Positions 13,139-24,392 of a stretch of 64,000 bases of DNA are shown here, piece by piece. Numbering within the stretch: the stretch's first letter is position 1; every line of letters starts with the position of its first letter. This DNA comes from Neodothiora populina (lineage: Eukaryota), in the NCBI RefSeq assembly GCF_041146345.1, contig NW_027191414.1, forward strand, positions 1,302,001-1,366,000, given 5' to 3'. The translations under genes and the position numbers were made by a program. The notes beneath the pieces were generated by a model. That model saw nothing but the letters and a program-made list of their open reading frames with translations, searched no databases and was not told the origin of the DNA.

Positions 13139-14486
13139 ATGCCTGCCGCCATCTCTCCGGAGCGACCACAGAATCTAATCACCAAGTTGACAAACTGTCG
13201 ATTGGTCAAAGGGAACACATTAGTAGAGGAAGACCTGTGGATATCATCCCAGACTGGCAAGATCCTACCAGCTCAAGAAATCTTTTATGAACATCAATTG
13301 GGACCGGATCAAATCATTGATCTGCAAGGCCGCATAGTGAGCCCGGGTTTTATCGACAGTCAATTTAACGGCGCTTATGGATTCGACTTCAGCACCCCTG
13401 GCGATGTTGTCAGCTACCAGAAAGGAATCAAGGCCTTGAATCAGAAGCTTGTGCAAACCGGGCTCACATCGTATCTGCCGACGATAATCACACAAAAACC
13501 AGAAGTGTACCACAAGGCTTTACCATATCTCGGGCCAAGTGGACAAGATCGCATACCAGAAGATGGAGCTGAAAGTCTTGGCGCTCACTGTGAAGGCCCC
13601 TTTATGAGTGCCCATAAGAAGGGAGTGCACAATGAGAGTGCTCTCCGGGAGGCGACGAGTGGTTTTGCCTCCATCGAGCAGTGCTATGGTGCGGCAAATC
13701 TTACCGCTGACACAATCAAGATGATTACTGCTGCGCCTGAAGTTGAAGGCGTTATGGAATCGATACCAGAGTTGACATCCCGAGGAATCATTATGTCCAT
13801 TGGACACACGGATGCAGACTTCGAGAAGGCTACCGAGGCGATCAACAATGGCGCCACTATGATCACTCATCTCTTCAACGCAATGAAGCCTCTTCACCAT
13901 CGCAATCCCGGCATCTTTGGCCTGCTTGGCCAGAACTACGGTGCCAGGCGACCATACTTCGGGCTGATCGCAGACGGCATTCATCTTCATCCTACGACAG
14001 TGAAGATTGCGTGGGCTGCTCATCCAGAGGGCATGGTCCTGGTCACTGACGCGTTAGCACTGATGGGAATGGATGATGGCGTGTACGAATGGACAAACGG
14101 TGACATGATCGTGAAAAAGGGGTCGAATCTGACGAAGCAAGGGACTGAGACGCTAGCAGGGGGGTAAGTAGGACTGTTTTCTCTTTTCCCGATGCTCCTC
14201 AGATCTGACTGACATGTTCAACAGTTGTGCGAGCTTGCTGCAATGTCTGAACAACTTCTTGACCTGGACTGGCGCGCCGATTCCTACTGGACTCGCCGCC
14301 GTCACTTCTACCCCTGCGAAGATGCTTGGCATGTATCCTCAGAAGGGTACGCTGGAGACGGAAGCCGATGCTGATCTTTGCGTCCTCTCGGAGGTTGATG
14401 TGATCGACGAGAACGGTTTCACGAATCGGGTATTGCAGGTTGATGAAGTCTGGAAGTTTGGTAAGCGGGTGTTCGAAAGGACTTAA
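13139..14486 (+). CDS. DAC1: N-acetylglucosamine-6-phosphate deacetylase; intron 14164-14224
   Basis: NagA motifs PGFID, GAHCEGPF, TAAPE, SIGHT, THLFNAM, IADGIHLHP, LVTDA, LAG, TPAKMLG, ADADL. Confidence 0.95.
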
Positions 14487-15561
14487 TGCCATCATGTATT
14501 AGGTGTACAACACGTTTAGAGATAATGAAGAATGACATAGATATCCCATTACTCGGAGATCAGCCTTCTTCCTTACTGTTGATGCTGACATTTCCTGCTG
14601 CGTTTGCGACGAGTCCTTCCCTTTTCTCGGATGACCTTTTCAGGAGTGTGATATGATGGCTGAATAATTCGATCATGACACATAGTGAGCTAGGAGCCCG
14701 CATATACACAAAGATCGTCGACACAATACACGAGCTGGCTTTGAACATCAGGTCGGTCCCTGGTATGCGACCAATCAGTCCTTTGCTGTCACACGGGCGT
14801 CGATTTCATCCCCCATGACCCGAGCGCTGGACAGCTGAGACAGACTCCCAGAGGCGCGTCTGCTACGTTGAACGTCAACCCGGCGTCACTCGAGATCAGA
14901 TCGAGAACAAACATACGCTCTTCAGGCTCCTACCCGATTCTCACCTCCATCGTCAACACAAGGGTGTCTTCACGTAAGCCTCATATGCGTCACCGCGTCA
15001 GGTTACAAACTTCAGTATATTTCATGCCTTGCCGCTCCAAGTCTTTACCATCGATCTCTATGTCATGCACTCATCAACCAGATCATTCATGAAGATCACT
15101 GAGAGAGGCTATCATCATGCATGCCGGACGTTTCTCGATCGAACGTATGTCCCACCGTTGCGCGATATGCGGAGAGCAATCTCACTTCCCCGGACGATAC
15201 AGATGTATAACCTTCATCGCGTTGAAGCGGATCTTTTCTGGATGGAGGGAGAGCAGCATTCATACATCATGCCCATGTGGAATGAACATTTGTGGTGTTG
15301 TTGAGTGACGTCCGACAGATCAGATGATGAGATGAGACGATGTAGACTCACACCTTGGCAGTGAAGAGACGAGTATGGCTAACCTACGCGAAGGCTCAAA
15401 GGAATTATCGACCAGGTCTGTCTATCATAGAGCTATATGATATAAGAACCATGATCGCCTGGACGCTATACAAGCATTCGCTCTATCAAACCACCAAGGC
15501 TCACATCTACTCTCCTTAACCACTACACTCGCTCAGCCTCCAGACAACCCGAAGAATCACA

Positions 15562-16048
15562 ATGCACTCCACCTCCTCCACTCTCACGAACCGCATCATA
15601 TCCCTCAGCATCCTCCTTTCCCTGCTACCAATGGCCATAGGCTGCCTCGATGTCACCGCAAACGGCAACAGCGGCCTCTCGACCGGCGTATCCATCACAA
15701 GCATAGACAACGGGGTCGAGACCTGCGATAGTAGTGGCGACGGTAAAGCATCCGCGAAATGCATCGAGGGGTTCTCGCTTTCCTATGATTGGGATGATAA
15801 TGCTGTTAGCGGTCCACTTCCGGTGCATTATTGTAATCCTAAGAACTGGTAGGTCATCGGCGATACCATTTTTTTTTGGGGCTTGGGGGAGTGATGCTGA
15901 CTTGGTTGATTGGTACAGTTATGATATCATCATGGAACATCAATGTCACAATGCTGGAGGTGCTGCATGCTGTGGTGGCATGATACCTTGTGGGTGCTGG
16001 TCTTGCAAATGGACGTGGGTGGGATTTGGGTGTCCGACAATAGAGTGA
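15562..16048 (+). CDS. Small secreted cysteine-rich protein (138 aa, 12 Cys); intron 15849-15918
   Basis: Hydrophobic signal IISLSILLSLLPMAIG. Intron GTAGGT...GCTGAC...CAG joins ...YCNPKNC to YDIIMEHQCHNAGGAACCGGMIPCGCWSCKWTWVGFGCPTIE*. Confidence 0.75.
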
Positions 16049-16273
16049 TTTGCGTTGCATGAAAGATGGCAGCAAAGAGGAATGAAAGGCAAACAACGAA
16101 ATGGATGATGTTGTCCATACGTGCTCGATACTGCAGCGACTTCTTTCCTTGTCATTCATTGTAAAGCTAAGTAATTATGTGAGGTAATAGTATCTCGAAA
16201 TCCAGGAAACATCGTTTTGGACAGGGTCGCCATCATGATTAACTCGAAATTTCCCGCTGCCACATCCTGGGTC

Positions 16274-17703
16274 TCATTCAAGACGCACATGAGTATCATA
16301 TGGTCGATAGTCTTCCTCGCCTTTCCACTGGGCTTCATAAAGCGATTCATCCATCTGAGCTGCATCCATACCATCCATAATGTGATTATCTTCTGCCAAG
16401 ACCTCGAGGCCGGGTATACAGTCAATCGCAGCAATTATAAGGTACGACACACAAAACGACCAGCTGAAGCCAATCAGAGCCTCCACCACTTGTATACCTA
16501 GCTGTCTCACATGGCCATCGAAGAAGACTCCTCCGATAATCTCCGTCCCTCCATCGAAAGCAGCAACTTCTTTCTTCGCAAATAACCCAGTCATGATAGT
16601 GCCTAGGAAGCCTCCGATGCAATGAGTAGCAAAGGTGTCGCCGTTATCGACCCACTTCCAGCGCTGTGCTGCTTTCGTGAACTTGATGCGCAATGCTTGT
16701 CGCGATACTAGGGCACCAATCACACCGAAGAAGAAACTTGTCGTCAGATCGATGAAGCCTGCCGCGGGAGTGATCATGACCAGGCCGGCGATAGCCCCTA
16801 GGAACGTCGAATCTAGTGACCATTTGCCTGTTTCCATGTACGTTATCGCCGCCCATGTCGTTGCACCTGCCGCCGCACACATATTTGTCACGCTGAATGC
16901 CATGACGGACTTGAAGTTGAAGCTGAGAGTAGTGCCCGCGTCGAAGGCTAGCCATGAGCCCCATATGATGACCAGTGCAAGAAGCTGGCACATAGTATTA
17001 TGGGGCCGATGCAGGGCCAGATGAGATGGTGAACGGGTGCTGGACTTCTTGGATCTGAAGAGAGGATACGACAGATACAGACTCAAAGCTGTTGCAGTCG
17101 CACCGCTGTTGATATGCACAGGAGTGCCTCCGGCAAAGTCCAAGACTCCAAATTCTGCGAGGAAGCCATTATCTGCCCAAACCATATGCGCCAATGGGCA
17201 GTACACAAATGTAGACCATAGCTATAGACTGTATTAGAGGTAGCTTCCGTGGAATGAGATCCCCTACTTACGACGATGAAGGGTACTAAAGGTAAAAGTC
17301 TACCTCTCTCACATGCACCGCCGACAGCAATTGCACACACGGTAGCCTCAAAGATCAATTGGAACTCGCTAAATAAGATCTCGGGTATTGTTCCTATTGG
17401 CGTTGCCAGTACGTCCCTGTGGGCGAAATGTTTGAGGTCACCAATGAACTCATTCCCCTCACCATATGCCAGAGAGTATCCCCATAGCCACCATTGTATT
17501 GTGCAGACAGAGATGGATAGCAGTGCTGGGTAGAAAGAAGCAAGACCACTACGCCGCGTCGAGTAACCGCTGTAGCCAAGTCCTACAGCAGGAATGATAG
17601 GCCAACAGAAGACACTGCATACAAGGACGAAGAGTGCATCGGTCTTATCACACGCCTCCCAGGCCTCAAGTACGCTGAGTTGAGCAAAAGTTGGCGTTTC
17701 CAT
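16274..17703 (-). CDS. Ammonium transporter (Amt/Mep/Rh family); intron 17222-17271
   Basis: WWLWGYSLAYG, GGACERGR, YCPLAHMVW, DFAGGTPVH (first His), GAIAGLVMITPAAG, DTFATHCIGG (second His); many transmembrane segments. Confidence 0.95.
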
Positions 17704-17754
17704 GATTTTGCTGTAGTCAAAGAAATAACATCAAGAATATGAGCATGACCTTTA

Positions 17755-17830
17755 GTATCTCTATACTGGAGATAAACATGATCGATTTTGGCAAGCATAT
17801 CGCAAGGCTATCATTGGTAGAGATAAGGAA
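17755..17830. promoter_or_regulatory. GATA (AreA/NIT2-type) motif cluster upstream of the ammonium transporter
   Basis: GATAAA at 17771, TATCA at about 17809 and GATAAG at 17822, all within 130 bp of the ATG. Confidence 0.5.
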
Positions 17831-18441
17831 CTGCGACACTCGAGGCCACCAAACCTTCGGCGCGCTTGCTCCATGGAGACGACGAAGTATCCTTGTGCGC
17901 TTCCGTGTTCTACCATGAAAAGATGTGTATGAGAGAAATTGTTAATATTGAATTTCTGAATTGTTTGATGAACTTGTTATACAATATCGTCGTTATATTT
18001 TTCTGGCTAGAATGTGTTCGTTTTGTACTACGTCATAGTCCTTCGTAAGCGACATCAAGGTACTTTACATATTGTAACCTCATTGTGGAAATCACTCCGT
18101 ATCCATGAGTAGATAAGTTGTTGTATAAGTGCATACTCAGCACTAAACTTCCCACTACTGCCATAGACGCTGTCTTGAAACTTCACATCTGTCTTGAGCG
18201 CGCTCTAGTAAAGCCAAGAGGCTTCCTCGGCTCACACCATGTCGTAGGTGAAGAGTGTGTTTCCTTGGGAAGAACATGACAGCATTATCTGACTTGCTGG
18301 AAGAATCTCGATTTACCGAGGCAAGGAAGGTGCCAGTATTATCCAGTCCGACCAAGTCGTTTAGATCGTCCGCCATCTGACGTCCGAACAGAGATAGCCT
18401 GCTTCACGCCCTGCGTCTCACTGTTCGGAAAGTGGAGCTCC

Positions 18442-19539
18442 TCAATATTCGAAGATTGATCTTATATCTTCCATCGAGTGGTTTGCGTTCAGTGCTAGTT
18501 GTAACATGATTCTGCTTCTCTGGGGGTTGAGAAGACCACTGCTGATACTAATATGTGAAGCTTTGGACACTGCACCATCTTGGCTTCTGTGCGAGAGGAC
18601 CACAACAGCACCTTCCTCGATGACCTTCTTCACAGCTTCTGTGCCAGGCTCTGTCCATCCTCCATTTCCCATAGAGGCAAGCACAATACCTTTCGCACCA
18701 GCCTGGACAAGTGCGGTAGTCACGTTGGGGTTCATTCCTTGGTGACCGTACACGATATCAACTGGAGGAAGGTCTGTAGCATTCTCGATCGCGAAGTATG
18801 GTTTACCAATCGGAGTTGCAGGCGTGTAGAAGAATTTAGGGGCGAGGCTCTCAAAGTAACCAAGATATCCCTGTTCAACAGACTTGAATGTATCTAGAGC
18901 ATTGGCACTTGTCTTTGTCGTATAGTAAGCACTTGAGATACGGTCATTGAGCACGACCATTGGGCCTCGACTTCCAGCATCCTTAGATGCTGCCAAGCTT
19001 ACTGCCTGAAGTAGGTTCATGGGCCCGTCGGCCGAAAGCGCGGTGGCTGGACGCATAGCTCCAACCAGAACTACAGGCTTTTCCGTTCGTAAGGTGAGAG
19101 ACAGGAAGAAAGCCGTTTCCTCGAGGGTATCAGTGCCATGAGTTACAACGACTCCTTGGCATTCGTTTGACTTCAGCACTCCATCGATCGACTTCGAAAG
19201 TTTCAAGAGTATGGGCGATGTTAGCTCGGTAGAGCGGACATTGGCAACTTGTACGGCGTTGATGTTTGCCACTTCCGCGATCGCAGGAACAGCATCAACT
19301 AAGGCCTGGACACCAATTGCTCCAGGCTTGTAGTCTGTGGTTTCAGTGTTCGAAATGGCCGATCCTGCAATTGTTCCTCCAGTGCCGAAGATAGTGATAT
19401 TGGGCAGTAGTGAGTTGTATACTGGACTAAGTACTGCAACCTGGGCTGGCGTGACAAACGAGGAATGGCCCATTGACACTGTCAGAGCACTCACAATCGC
19501 CAGTGCAATGGCAGGCCCGATCATTGCTGTAGAGAACAT
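18442..19539 (-). CDS. Secreted type II L-asparaginase (ASP3-like), intronless
   Basis: TGGTIAG and THGTDTLEET catalytic motifs, GAMRPAT, SADGPMNL, GLLNPQRSRIML; N-terminal hydrophobic signal (start ATG 19539 or 19524). Confidence 0.93.
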   Translation of the reverse strand: MFSTAMIGPAIALAIVSALTVSMGHSSFVTPAQVAVLSPVYNSLLPNITIFGTGGTIAGSAISNTETTDYKPGAIGVQALVDAVPAIAEVANINAVQVANVRSTELTSPILLKLSKSIDGVLKSNECQGVVVTHGTDTLEETAFFLSLTLRTEKPVVLVGAMRPATALSADGPMNLLQAVSLAASKDAGSRGPMVVLNDRISSAYYTTKTSANALDTFKSVEQGYLGYFESLAPKFFYTPATPIGKPYFAIENATDLPPVDIVYGHQGMNPNVTTALVQAGAKGIVLASMGNGGWTEPGTEAVKKVIEEGAVVVLSHRSQDGAVSKASHISISSGLLNPQRSRIMLQLALNANHSMEDIRSIFEY

Positions 19540-19805
19540 CGTCACCACAGAGTTAATAAATGGCTCGTTCTACCGTGGTAGGTGTTGTGGTTCCGACCGA
19601 TGTTGAGACCGATACTGAGACAAGTACAATGACCGATGGCGAACATGGGAGACACCAGGCTTGATCGTATACATATATCTAAGCGCAGGACGGATATACA
19701 TACCTAGTCCTCATCTACAATACACAATAGGATCCGTGATTATTTGTGTATAAATGTCGACTTGGCCGAGTTTCGGCGGAAGTATCGGCCTAGCGTCGGG
19801 AGCTA

Positions 19806-19820
19806 AGATAAGTCTTATCT
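19806..19820. promoter_or_regulatory. Perfect palindromic double GATA site AGATAAG-T-CTTATCT upstream of the asparaginase
   Basis: Seen directly, about 270 bp upstream of the ATG. Confidence 0.6.
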
Positions 19821-20061
19821 GAGGTCCGACTCGATGCCTGAGGCATACTTGTGACCTTGCCTTGAACTTTACCTGGCATGGGTTGCGACCTGCCAGTGAC
19901 ATAGGCAGTAATTGATGGACAACATCTCAAGTGGGATAGAGTGATGAAGCAGTGATGAAACGATTTTCACAGTCGGTTTTGAGATGGACTCTATTCATCT
20001 AATAGATCTTTCTATCTCTCTCTATATTCGATTTAAACATGAAGCAAATAACAATACCATA

Positions 20062-21619
20062 TTATAAGTTATACACAAAGTCGAGCGCTTTGTCTCCCTC
20101 TTTGCCGTTTGTTTCCGCTCCGTCCATCCTCATCTTCTCCTTTTCGAGATTCCTGTTCCTAAGAATCATCCACATAGCAAGAATGCAGCCAAGTGCTAGC
20201 GACTCCATGCCGGCACTGACTGCATTGCCAGTAATATACCTTGGTGAATCCGTGGATGGATAGATGTTAGAGGCAACAATCCCGCTGATGTTACCCAGAC
20301 ATATGAACACGGGTACACCGACACTGCGTTTGTAGTCTGGAGCAAGATTGTTGGATACCCATGTTAGAAGAAGACAGTTGAAGGCGTAAATACCGCCACC
20401 ACAGAGGAACATGGCGAAATATCCAACGGCGTGGTTTGCGGTACCACAGACGATGATGTAACCGATGATGACTGGAAGTGGGAGCACAGAAAGCACCAGT
20501 ACACGCTTTCTGAGGCGATCTGATATGAACGTAGCTGCAACAAGCGTGCATGTAGCAAAGAGGTACACCGGTACAGTCAGGTAATTTGCTTGCAACGATG
20601 TGTACCTGTATCAACTTAGCACTAAGTCCCTAGTGTGTATTCGGGCGTGTAACATACCCGAGTCCTTTGATGATGGTCGGCAGAAACGTTCCAAATCCGA
20701 AGATGGCGATAGAGGAGCAGAACAAACATATGGCGGCTGCATAGACGCATACGTCTGTCAGCGCCATCTTAGTGTACTTCATGGGTGACTCGTCTGTGCC
20801 TCTGTTCACAATATCTCGCTGCTTTCGGGCGCGCATCAGTGCTTTCTCCTCTTCAGACAGGAACCAGGCGTCCTCAGCAGTATTGGGTAAGAAAAACCAG
20901 GCTATGGCACACAGTCCAACCGAAGCAGCACCTTCGATGATGAACAACCACCTCCAGGCCTCTAGCCCGTGGCGAGTGCCCATGCTCTCGATGCCATAAG
21001 CAATCAGACCACCAAAAGCCCCAGATAGACAGTTGCAACCGTAAATGACGGCATTCCTCAAGGCTTGATCTTCTCTCGCCCAGACGGTGGATATGATGAA
21101 CACAATACAAGGAACGAGGCCGGCCTCAAAGGTACCAAGCAGGACACGAAGAGCGATGGCTTGTGAGTAGTTCTGTATGAAACCGTTGCAAAGGGTCGTG
21201 ATACTCCAGGTAATCATTGCAACACCGAGTACGTGCTTCGCCCCGAATCGCTTGACAGCCATCGTCCATGGTGTCTCCAGAACAACATAAGTCGGATAGA
21301 AGCAAGTTGAGATGACGTTGAACTGGTTGCCTGTGAGGCCAATTCCCTTTTCAAAACCAAACACCTTAGCATTTCCTGCTGTTGTTAACATGCTGTTCGT
21401 CGAACATTATCGTCGAGACATACCAAGATTCGATCGATCCAAGTATGCAACAAGCAATATGACAGCCAACGCTGGAATCAGATACTTGTCAAACTTTCTG
21501 AGGGTGCGACGTTCAAGTTCCGGATCAATACGGACGGCTACATCGCTGAGCTCGCCCTCATGCACTTCAGGAGATATACTCAATGGCACGAACTTAGAAT
21601 CAATGTCCGACATTATCAT
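20062..21619 (-). CDS. MFS transporter, anion:cation symporter (Dal5/Tna1-like) family; 3 exons
   Basis: ERRTLRKFDKYLIP, AYLDRSNLGNAK, RVLLGTFEAG, GAFGGLIAYGI, WRWLFIIEG, WVSNNLAPDYKR, terminal DFVYNL. Confidence 0.92.
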
Positions 21620-22160
21620 ATACCTTGGGATGGCGAGAAAAGAAGAGAACAGGACCTCTGAGTAAAAGACTTACAGCCTACACTTCACTACAAAGAGACG
21701 GTACTTATTTGTCTATATCGACACTCTTATCGATGGAGGATTGACGATACGCTCAACAAGATATACTGCATGCAGAGCGATAACACAAATCGTACACTGT
21801 GCAGTTCACAAACATCAGCAAGATACGGCTAAGCCGACGGTCTACATGGCCAAGAATGATGAACGTTAAGAAAGGACGAGCGTGGACAAAGCCCGACGGC
21901 GACGGTAGTTATCAACCGCCGGCGATTCGGGCAAATCTGCGAACCATGTTGGCCGCTTGTAACGATGAATCGAAAACGACATCAAATACCGGGCTCATGG
22001 TGTCTCGTAGATTATACACATGGTCATCACAGCACTATACCAACGATCTGCTTTGCATGATTCGACTCGCAGGTTCAGGTAACAACTATTGTGGAGAGGC
22101 AGCACTCACAGACACGACAATTGAAGACTAACCGGTACCTGTGCACACCATTTCGTCCAC

Positions 22161-22383
22161 TAAGCTTGACGGCCCCCAGATGGCGCGACCCCCCAGGCGG
22201 CGCGACCGGTGTATTATGTATTACTCGACGAACTATTGGCAATTCTACTCTGGTACATGATTTGAGCTGCTTTACAATTATGGACATAGTATATCTCAAC
22301 CAGGTATTCTGGAGTTTCGTGTGAGGAGGATGTATTGCACTATGCGCCGCCTGGGGTCGCGCCATCTGGGGTCGTCAAGCTTA
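22161..22383. mobile_element. MITE (~220 bp) with ~40-bp imperfect terminal inverted repeats, flanked by TA
   Basis: Left end TA|agcttgacggcccccagatggcgcgaccccccaggcggcgc; right end gcgccgcctggggtcgcgccatctggggtcgtcaagct|TA; no coding capacity inside. Confidence 0.85.
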
Positions 22384-22983
22384 CATTACCTTTAATCTGA
22401 ATATGGGGACAAAAGTCGTGACCATGCACGTCGTTTTGTCTGTGTGTGAGTCGCGCGCATCGTCGCCCTCTATAACCTGTTTCTACATACCTCAGCTCTG
22501 TATGAATTTGCTCTAGGAAGTTGCACCTTCACGCCAGGTGGCGCCGTCTCTGTGGACCCATGCTACGCAAGTCTTGATTTAGTATCGAAGCGTTCACTAT
22601 GCTGTAATCTTGGCCCCCATATGCATGTGTATACCTAAACCGAGCTGAAGGTCAAGGTTGTGATCAGGCCGTCATCTAGCCAGCTGTGCCGCATGCATGA
22701 GGAAGCCTCCATCGTCTACCACAACTGTGAGCCTCTCCCAATGGTCCACCAGCGTGGCGTTGTAATATTGTATCAGAAGTACATCATGTATGGGTATGCC
22801 TGCTGTGTACCTCAATATGAGCTGTACATTGGGCGTGGGTGTGTCTGTTGTGTACCTCATTAGCGACCTAGAGTGATATAACGGCATACACTCCTTCACT
22901 GAAGTTATGCCTGATCCTGGTATTGCACTCTACTCTGATAGTACTACTGGTCTTTTCTCATTCTTGAGTAAATATTGAGCAAT

Positions 22984-24392
22984 ATGCAGTCGCACATAAA
23001 CCTCATTGCTGTATTCGTCTTCATCGGTCTGGTTTTTGAAGCTGCCTCTTACGATCTCGCACCACGCAACGATGTGCCAAAATATATCGAGGCACCAGTC
23101 TTCTTCATTAACCCATTTCAGGATGGTGGAGACTATTACACGAACAGTGTGTAAATCCCACATGCTTCGAGCGTACCCAACCTCCGACTTCATACAGTCA
23201 GTATAGGGACACCTCCACAAGTAGTTACAGCTCTTCTCAATTCCCAGTTTGGCGCCCTTATCACACAAGAAAGTTACTACGATCCATGTGACCCGTACAG
23301 CGGCGCGTTTTGTCCAGACGATGTTTCCATTGCAGACGGTACTTATAACGCAAGCACTTCAACGACTGCTGCGACGGAAGAGTTGACCGAGTTCCACATT
23401 AGTATCTCTTCGGGCAACATGATATCAGACGTCATTCATCTCCTACCCTTATCGATATCTGGTATGCAATTCGCACTTGACACGAGTGGTAGAAACAGGA
23501 CTGGATACGGACACAGTGAACTTGGCCTTGGTCATTCGTACAACGGCTTCGAATCGCCATATGAACCATCCGCCAATTTCTTGGGTCAGTTGAAAAGAGC
23601 TGGGGCGATTGATTCGGAAATCGTCAGCATTGTCCTTGGTGATGCAGGTCAGCGTGAAAATTCCGTTACCAACCTGATTGATCACTGACGTGCTATAGCG
23701 AGTAACACAGGCTCGATTCTTTATGGCGCCGAGATATTTCCAGGTACAAGGGTGATATGATCACCTTGGACTCACTGCCTACACCTCTTCAACTCGCCAA
23801 CGCGACGGTTGTCAATACAAAGTCCAGACACGCCTTAGCCATCACAAATATCTCAGTAGTGGCGAACAATAACAGCAGATTTGCCATCTTCGTCGACAGG
23901 GATCCGACAGGCTTGAGCAACCATACTTTCCCTGTCGGACTCGACATAGCTTCAGCTTGGTGGACTCTGCCCACAGACATCTACAATACAATCGCTATAT
24001 TTCTCCCTGGTCTCAATACTACTAGTGGTTTCATTCCTTGCGAGACAGAAGCTGGCGAAAACATCACCATCACCATCTCTCTCGGCAGGGCAATCAACAT
24101 AAACGTGCCGTACCGCGATCTCATTGTACCTGTCTATTATAATGGCAGTGCCCTTCAGAACACCACTTGGGATGGACAACCCCTTTGCTGGGCAGCGATT
24201 CGTCCGGCTGAAGGCAGTATTTCGAAGCTATACAACCTTGGCTTCAGTGTCCTACGGTCCGCTTATACTGTCTTAGACCTTGAGCATGGTCAGATCAGTC
24301 TTGCACAAGTGGATAGTAGCTGTCTAGACTGCTCAGATATTCACGCAGTGCCTGCCGGAGCACATGGTCTGGCTGAAGTCAGGCAAACGTAG
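22984..24392 (+). pseudogene. Secreted pepsin-like (A1, yapsin-like) aspartic protease homologue, catalytically degenerate and frameshifted near 23731
   Basis: Signal peptide; intron 23147-23197 gives YYTNISIGTPPQVVTALLNSQFG; second intron about 23648-23698; GSILYGA then a frame change into DISRYKGDMITL; LDIASAWWTLP; LGFSVLRSAYTVLDLEHGQISLAQ. Confidence 0.75.

Noticed and set aside
18155..18376. 73-aa ORF with SLLALLERAQ resembling an antizyme helix
   Set aside because: The match is too short, no +1 frameshift site or ORF1 is evident, and it overlaps the likely asparaginase 3' UTR.
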